NCBI GenBank assembly: GCA_965221905.1
Contig: OZ244922.1
Span: 736,001 to 800,000 of the forward strand
Source of the DNA: Chloroflexota bacterium
GTDB taxonomy: Bacteria > Chloroflexota > UBA11872 > VXOZ01
Length of the DNA stretch: 64,000 bases
Direction of reading: 5' to 3'
Shown here: positions 60,377 through 64,000 of the stretch, one piece after another
How positions within the stretch are numbered: the first letter of the stretch is position 1
Layout of the letters: the number at the start of each line of letters is the position of its first letter
Made by a program: the position numbers and the translations under genes
The notes under the pieces: generated by a model
Told to the model about the DNA's origin: nothing
What the model saw: only the letters and a program-made list of their open reading frames with translations
The model's database searches: none

Positions 60377-61780
60377 TTACTGTTCCCTAAGCATCTGCCC
60401 CACGGCGCAGGTGTCGCAGCGCTTCTCGCGGCACCAGGTATGGTAGACGTGGAGCAGCCCCTGCTGGCGCGCGGCCGTCATGGGCACGAATTTTGGCGGC
60501 AGGCCGAATACGTCGTCGCGCATGCTTCGGATGAGGCGGTTCGCGCCGCCCGCCGGCGCGTGACGCAAGCAGGCGATGGCCCAGTCGGAAACGCTGGAGT
60601 CGCCGGTATGCTCACCAAGAGCGAACATGAACGGCAGCATGACATTTATAAGAATTTCCCTGGCGCGCTCCGTGCCAATCAGGCTCTGTGGCGCGCCGCG
60701 CAACGGCACCCCAAAGTCACAATGCGTGGCCCAATAACGTGAGCTCGACGCCGGTAGTGCGAACGCATTGGTAATCCGATGGAGCAATTGCGGCCACGGC
60801 GGGCCGTCGCGGAGGTTCAGGCACGCTTGTACCGGACCGGTCTCGGCCAGCCGCGCGCAGAGGTGTCCCGCCGCTGCCACGCGCCGCGCAGGGGCGTTCG
60901 TGGGGCGCACGCCGCCGCGCACCCAGGCTGTGGCTGGCAGCGCCGGTTCCAATTGGTAGTTCCCCCACAGGCTTTCAAGCTCCTGCATATGCGCATGGTC
61001 GGCGGCGGTAGGGGCACGGCATGCCGTGCCCTTGCGCGGGGAAGTGCCGCGTTGGGAGGGCAGGAGGCCGGCTGCGCCGAGGAAGAGCGCCTCGCCGCGC
61101 AGAGCCGCATTGGCCTTGCCGCGCAGGATCGCCTCAACTACCGGCCACGGCAAGCCCGCACTGAGCCGGCGGAAGGGCTCGCGGTTCTGGCTGTAGCCGA
61201 GGGCATCGAGCAGGGCGGCATAGAGCGCCTGCTCCGGCCCAATTTGTTCGATGGCGGCCAACATCTGCGCCGCTTTCTTGCGCACGCGGCGTTCGCCCAA
61301 CGTTGCGAAGAGCATGCCGACGGTCATGGCGTCGCTCTTGGTGTGGAGGTCGGAGCAGGGCTGAAACGACGGGAGTCGTTGCGCCGCATACTGCTCCGGC
61401 ATACCGTCAGGAAAGTACGGCGACAGCGCCAGCGTGCGCAGCGGTCCGCCGCCAATCAACCCGTCGTCTTCCCACACCACGTGGAGCATGACGTTGTGGT
61501 ACGCCGGATCCGCCGCGTGTCCGTGCGCCCGCCAGGCGGAAGCGTTCGTATGGACTTCCACGTGGCCATGCCGCAACCTGCGGCCGTCCAAGGCCATGAT
61601 GGCGTCAAGGAAGTCGGGCCCCGGACCAAGATTGCGCCGTCCCGGATAGACGACCTGGATCCGCTCACCGGCCGTAGTTGGGAGAAGCTTGGCGCCCCAG
61701 GGGCACGCCTGCCACAGTTGCGCGACGACCTCTTCGCGTAGCGTTTGCGCCGAGGCAGCAGTGGGTGCGGAAGTAAGCAT
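60377..61780 (-). CDS. DUF2851 family protein
   Basis: PG..N..PGPDF, GHVEVH...W..HGH..DPAY.NV.LHVV, LGYSQN, RPTN.P, QGLLH, C...RC..C. Confidence 0.88.
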   Translation of the reverse strand: MLTSAPTAASAQTLREEVVAQLWQACPWGAKLLPTTAGERIQVVYPGRRNLGPGPDFLDAIMALDGRRLRHGHVEVHTNASAWRAHGHAADPAYHNVMLHVVWEDDGLIGGGPLRTLALSPYFPDGMPEQYAAQRLPSFQPCSDLHTKSDAMTVGMLFATLGERRVRKKAAQMLAAIEQIGPEQALYAALLDALGYSQNREPFRRLSAGLPWPVVEAILRGKANAALRGEALFLGAAGLLPSQRGTSPRKGTACRAPTAADHAHMQELESLWGNYQLEPALPATAWVRGGVRPTNAPARRVAAAGHLCARLAETGPVQACLNLRDGPPWPQLLHRITNAFALPASSSRYWATHCDFGVPLRGAPQSLIGTERAREILINVMLPFMFALGEHTGDSSVSDWAIACLRHAPAGGANRLIRSMRDDVFGLPPKFVPMTAARQQGLLHVYHTWCREKRCDTCAVGQMLREQ

Positions 61781-61993
61781 AGAGAAGAAAAGTAAGCGCG
61801 GCAAGCCATTCGTGCTAGCACAACTATACCATGGATTGTGACACAGCCCGGCTTGGCAGTCTAGCAGGACGCGAAAACCTAGCGAGACCGGGCCGACATT
61901 GTGAGGCCGCGCGGCAGGCTCTGCGACACCAAATATGGGAGTGACGGGGCAGCTACGCAATCTGTAAGAGTGAGCCTTAGTTGCGACCCCGCT

Positions 61994-62035
61994 AAAATAA
62001 GACGCACGCGTGGGTTTTCCCACGCGTGCGTCTTT
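61994..62035 (-). terminator. Terminator of the SBP gene
   Basis: Perfect 16-bp stem aagacgcacgcgtggg/cccacgcgtgcgtctt plus T-tract on the minus strand. Confidence 0.75.
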
Positions 62036-62057
62036 CGCCATATGCGTCGCTATCGGG

Positions 62058-63455
62058 CTAGAAATCTACGACAGAGTTCTCCAACGCCTCGTCCAGCGCC
62101 TGCTGCACCTGCGTGTTGCCGTCGGCGAGCGCTTCCGGCACGGTCTTCTCGCGGTTCCAAATCGAGCTGGCCATACGCACGTGAATGCCGATGATGGCGC
62201 GTCCGCCCGGGGCGCTGACCACCCACTGGGCACCATCCATCTCGCGCGCGCCCTGGATGCGCAACGGGTCGCCCTGGGTAAATTCCGGGCTGGTAGCGAC
62301 CGACCGGCGGGCCGGCAAGCTATCGCGCACGTCGTTGAAGCGGCGGTCATTGGGCTCCAGGAAGAGCCACTCGAGGAACTTGAACGCCCCGTCCGGGTTG
62401 TTGGAGCCTTCGGGCATGATGTGCGCGCCGCCGCCGCGATAGGCCGCGGGCGAGCCGCCTTCCGCCACCGGATACGTATCCACGCCAATGTTGATCTTCG
62501 CGAAGTTCTCCTCATACGCCTCGAAGCGGGTGATGTTCATCACGTCGGTCCACATGGCGCAACGGCCGGTGGAGAAGAGGTGTTGATGCCGCTCGTCGCC
62601 CCTGAACTCATTCATGGCGTCCAGGCCGCCCTGCAGGTCGAAGAAGCGCAACGTCAAGTCGAACGCGGTAACCATCGTCTCGTTGTCGATGGTGGACGTC
62701 AACTCATCATCGCTGAGCAGGCGGCCGCCCTGCTGCCAGAAGGGCACCAGCCACCAGACCAGCGAGCTGTTGCCGTACCAGAATCCGAGACGCTGGGTAA
62801 TGTCGCCTTCTTTCTTGAGCGTGCGCTGGATTGCCGCGTCGAGCTCGTCCCAATTCGACGGCCCACTATCCGGATCGAGACCCACTTCTACAAAGACGTC
62901 TTTGTTGTAGAAGTAGGTAAAGACGGTGGGCGCCCAGGGCAGCCCGAACCAGTGGCCGCGGTAGGTCGAGTCGTAGACGACGCGCGGATAGTAGTCATCT
63001 GCGTCGATCACCGTCGAGGCCTTGACATAATTCGTGATGTCGGCGGCGATGCCGCGAACCCCAAAGTCCTTCGGCAAGTACGCGTCGATATATGAAATAT
63101 CCGGCGGAATGCCGCCAGCGACCACCGTGGGCAGCTTGTTGATGGTGTCGCCATAGGTGGTGACGATCACGTTGACCTTCTCGCCGGGGTTGGCCTCGTG
63201 GAACTCGTTGACGATTTCCTCGCCGATGCCCTGCACCCAGTTACTGCCGCCTATGTCGATGGCCCAGAAGTTCACGGGCAACATCTCTTCCATCGGCATT
63301 TCTTCCGCCTTCATGTCGTCGGACTCGGGCGCGTCCGCCGGGGCCGTCATGCCGGCCTCACCGCACGCAGCGAAGAGTAGCGTAGCACCGACCGCTGCGC
63401 CACTGCCTGCTAACATGCGACGACGCGTTGTCTGCAATGCGATATGATTCTCCAT
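62058..63455 (-). CDS. Carbohydrate ABC substrate-binding protein (Tat lipoprotein)
   Basis: TTRRRML, FAAC, AGGIPPD, FYNKDVF..VGLDP..GP..WDE. Confidence 0.88.
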   Translation of the reverse strand: MENHIALQTTRRRMLAGSGAAVGATLLFAACGEAGMTAPADAPESDDMKAEEMPMEEMLPVNFWAIDIGGSNWVQGIGEEIVNEFHEANPGEKVNVIVTTYGDTINKLPTVVAGGIPPDISYIDAYLPKDFGVRGIAADITNYVKASTVIDADDYYPRVVYDSTYRGHWFGLPWAPTVFTYFYNKDVFVEVGLDPDSGPSNWDELDAAIQRTLKKEGDITQRLGFWYGNSSLVWWLVPFWQQGGRLLSDDELTSTIDNETMVTAFDLTLRFFDLQGGLDAMNEFRGDERHQHLFSTGRCAMWTDVMNITRFEAYEENFAKINIGVDTYPVAEGGSPAAYRGGGAHIMPEGSNNPDGAFKFLEWLFLEPNDRRFNDVRDSLPARRSVATSPEFTQGDPLRIQGAREMDGAQWVVSAPGGRAIIGIHVRMASSIWNREKTVPEALADGNTQVQQALDEALENSVVDF

Positions 63456-63699
63456 CTGTAGCGAAACCTCCTGCCAAGTAGGCATTATTTCGAACGCAGA
63501 CACTGCCTTGTGAGATGACGGGCCACCAGTCGACCGTACCTGTTGCCATCTCCACCAGGAGACTAAAGCATGCGCTGTAGCTCCTAGACGGCTTGAACGA
63601 AATTGTAGCGTTATTAACGACGTGGTGTCAAGGGTATGGACACTGCGATATCCTTTCGAAGCAGCGATTTCTCATCGTACGGCAATGAATGAGAGGCGT

Positions 63700-64000
63700 T
63701 TACGTGGCCTGCTGGAGCGCCGCAATTTCACTCTCAGTGAGCGCGCGCCCGTACACGCGCACGTCGGCCATGCTGCCGTTGAAGTGGTCGTGCTGCCCGA
63801 GGCCGATGCGGAGCGGCCGATCATTCGTGAGGTCGCCGGGAAAGTGCGTCTCGCAGGCGGACTCCGCCACCTGGATCCCGTCTACGTAGAGCCTGAGTTT
63901 GTTCGATTTCCGGACAGCGGCCACGTGCCGCCAGCCGGGGGCAAGGGCGTGGTCGTACGTGGCGTTGGCACCGGCGTCCAGCGCGTAGACACGGCCCGAC
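63700..64000 (-). CDS. LamG-like (concanavalin fold) domain protein, C-terminus only
   Basis: WRHVAAVR...LYVDG...LRIG...F.G.MADVRVY.RAL...EI. Confidence 0.8.
   Translation of the reverse strand, partial: SGRVYALDAGANATYDHALAPGWRHVAAVRKSNKLRLYVDGIQVAESACETHFPGDLTNDRPLRIGLGQHDHFNGSMADVRVYGRALTESEIAALQQAT

Noticed and set aside
61845-61990. Possible structured RNA or c-di-GMP riboswitch (ggacgcgaaaacc within stems)
   Set aside because: Only a partial motif match; it would need a covariance-model search to support

Overview
GC-rich bacterial chromosomal window. Chloroflexota-like origin is an inference from gene content: orphan Tat-lipoprotein sugar-binding proteins, many Gfo/Idh/MocA genes and dense short palindromic repeats. 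Housekeeping genes: rpsT, holA, plsX, modAB, murJ, guaB, murD, polA, a TPP-riboswitch-led thiG-thiE-thiS-thiO operon, and a split two-gene MetE. Many carbohydrate-related genes are interspersed. Small, visibly AT-richer accessory cassettes: (i) a SAMHD1/YwfO-like HD dNTP-hydrolase plus a YwgA/Panacea-like partner, with the HD gene cut after codon 17 by a complete 1186-bp IS5 element (TTAG duplication); (ii) a DUF5131 plus TcmP methyltransferase pair right after guaB; (iii) PadR followed by two tandem-duplicated soluble HAAS-TPR genes; (iv) a Phd-VapC toxin-antitoxin pair. At least six families of REP-like palindromes occur, some nested and two inside coding sequences. No rRNA, tRNA or CRISPR array was seen. 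All family assignments come from motif recognition by eye, not database searches.
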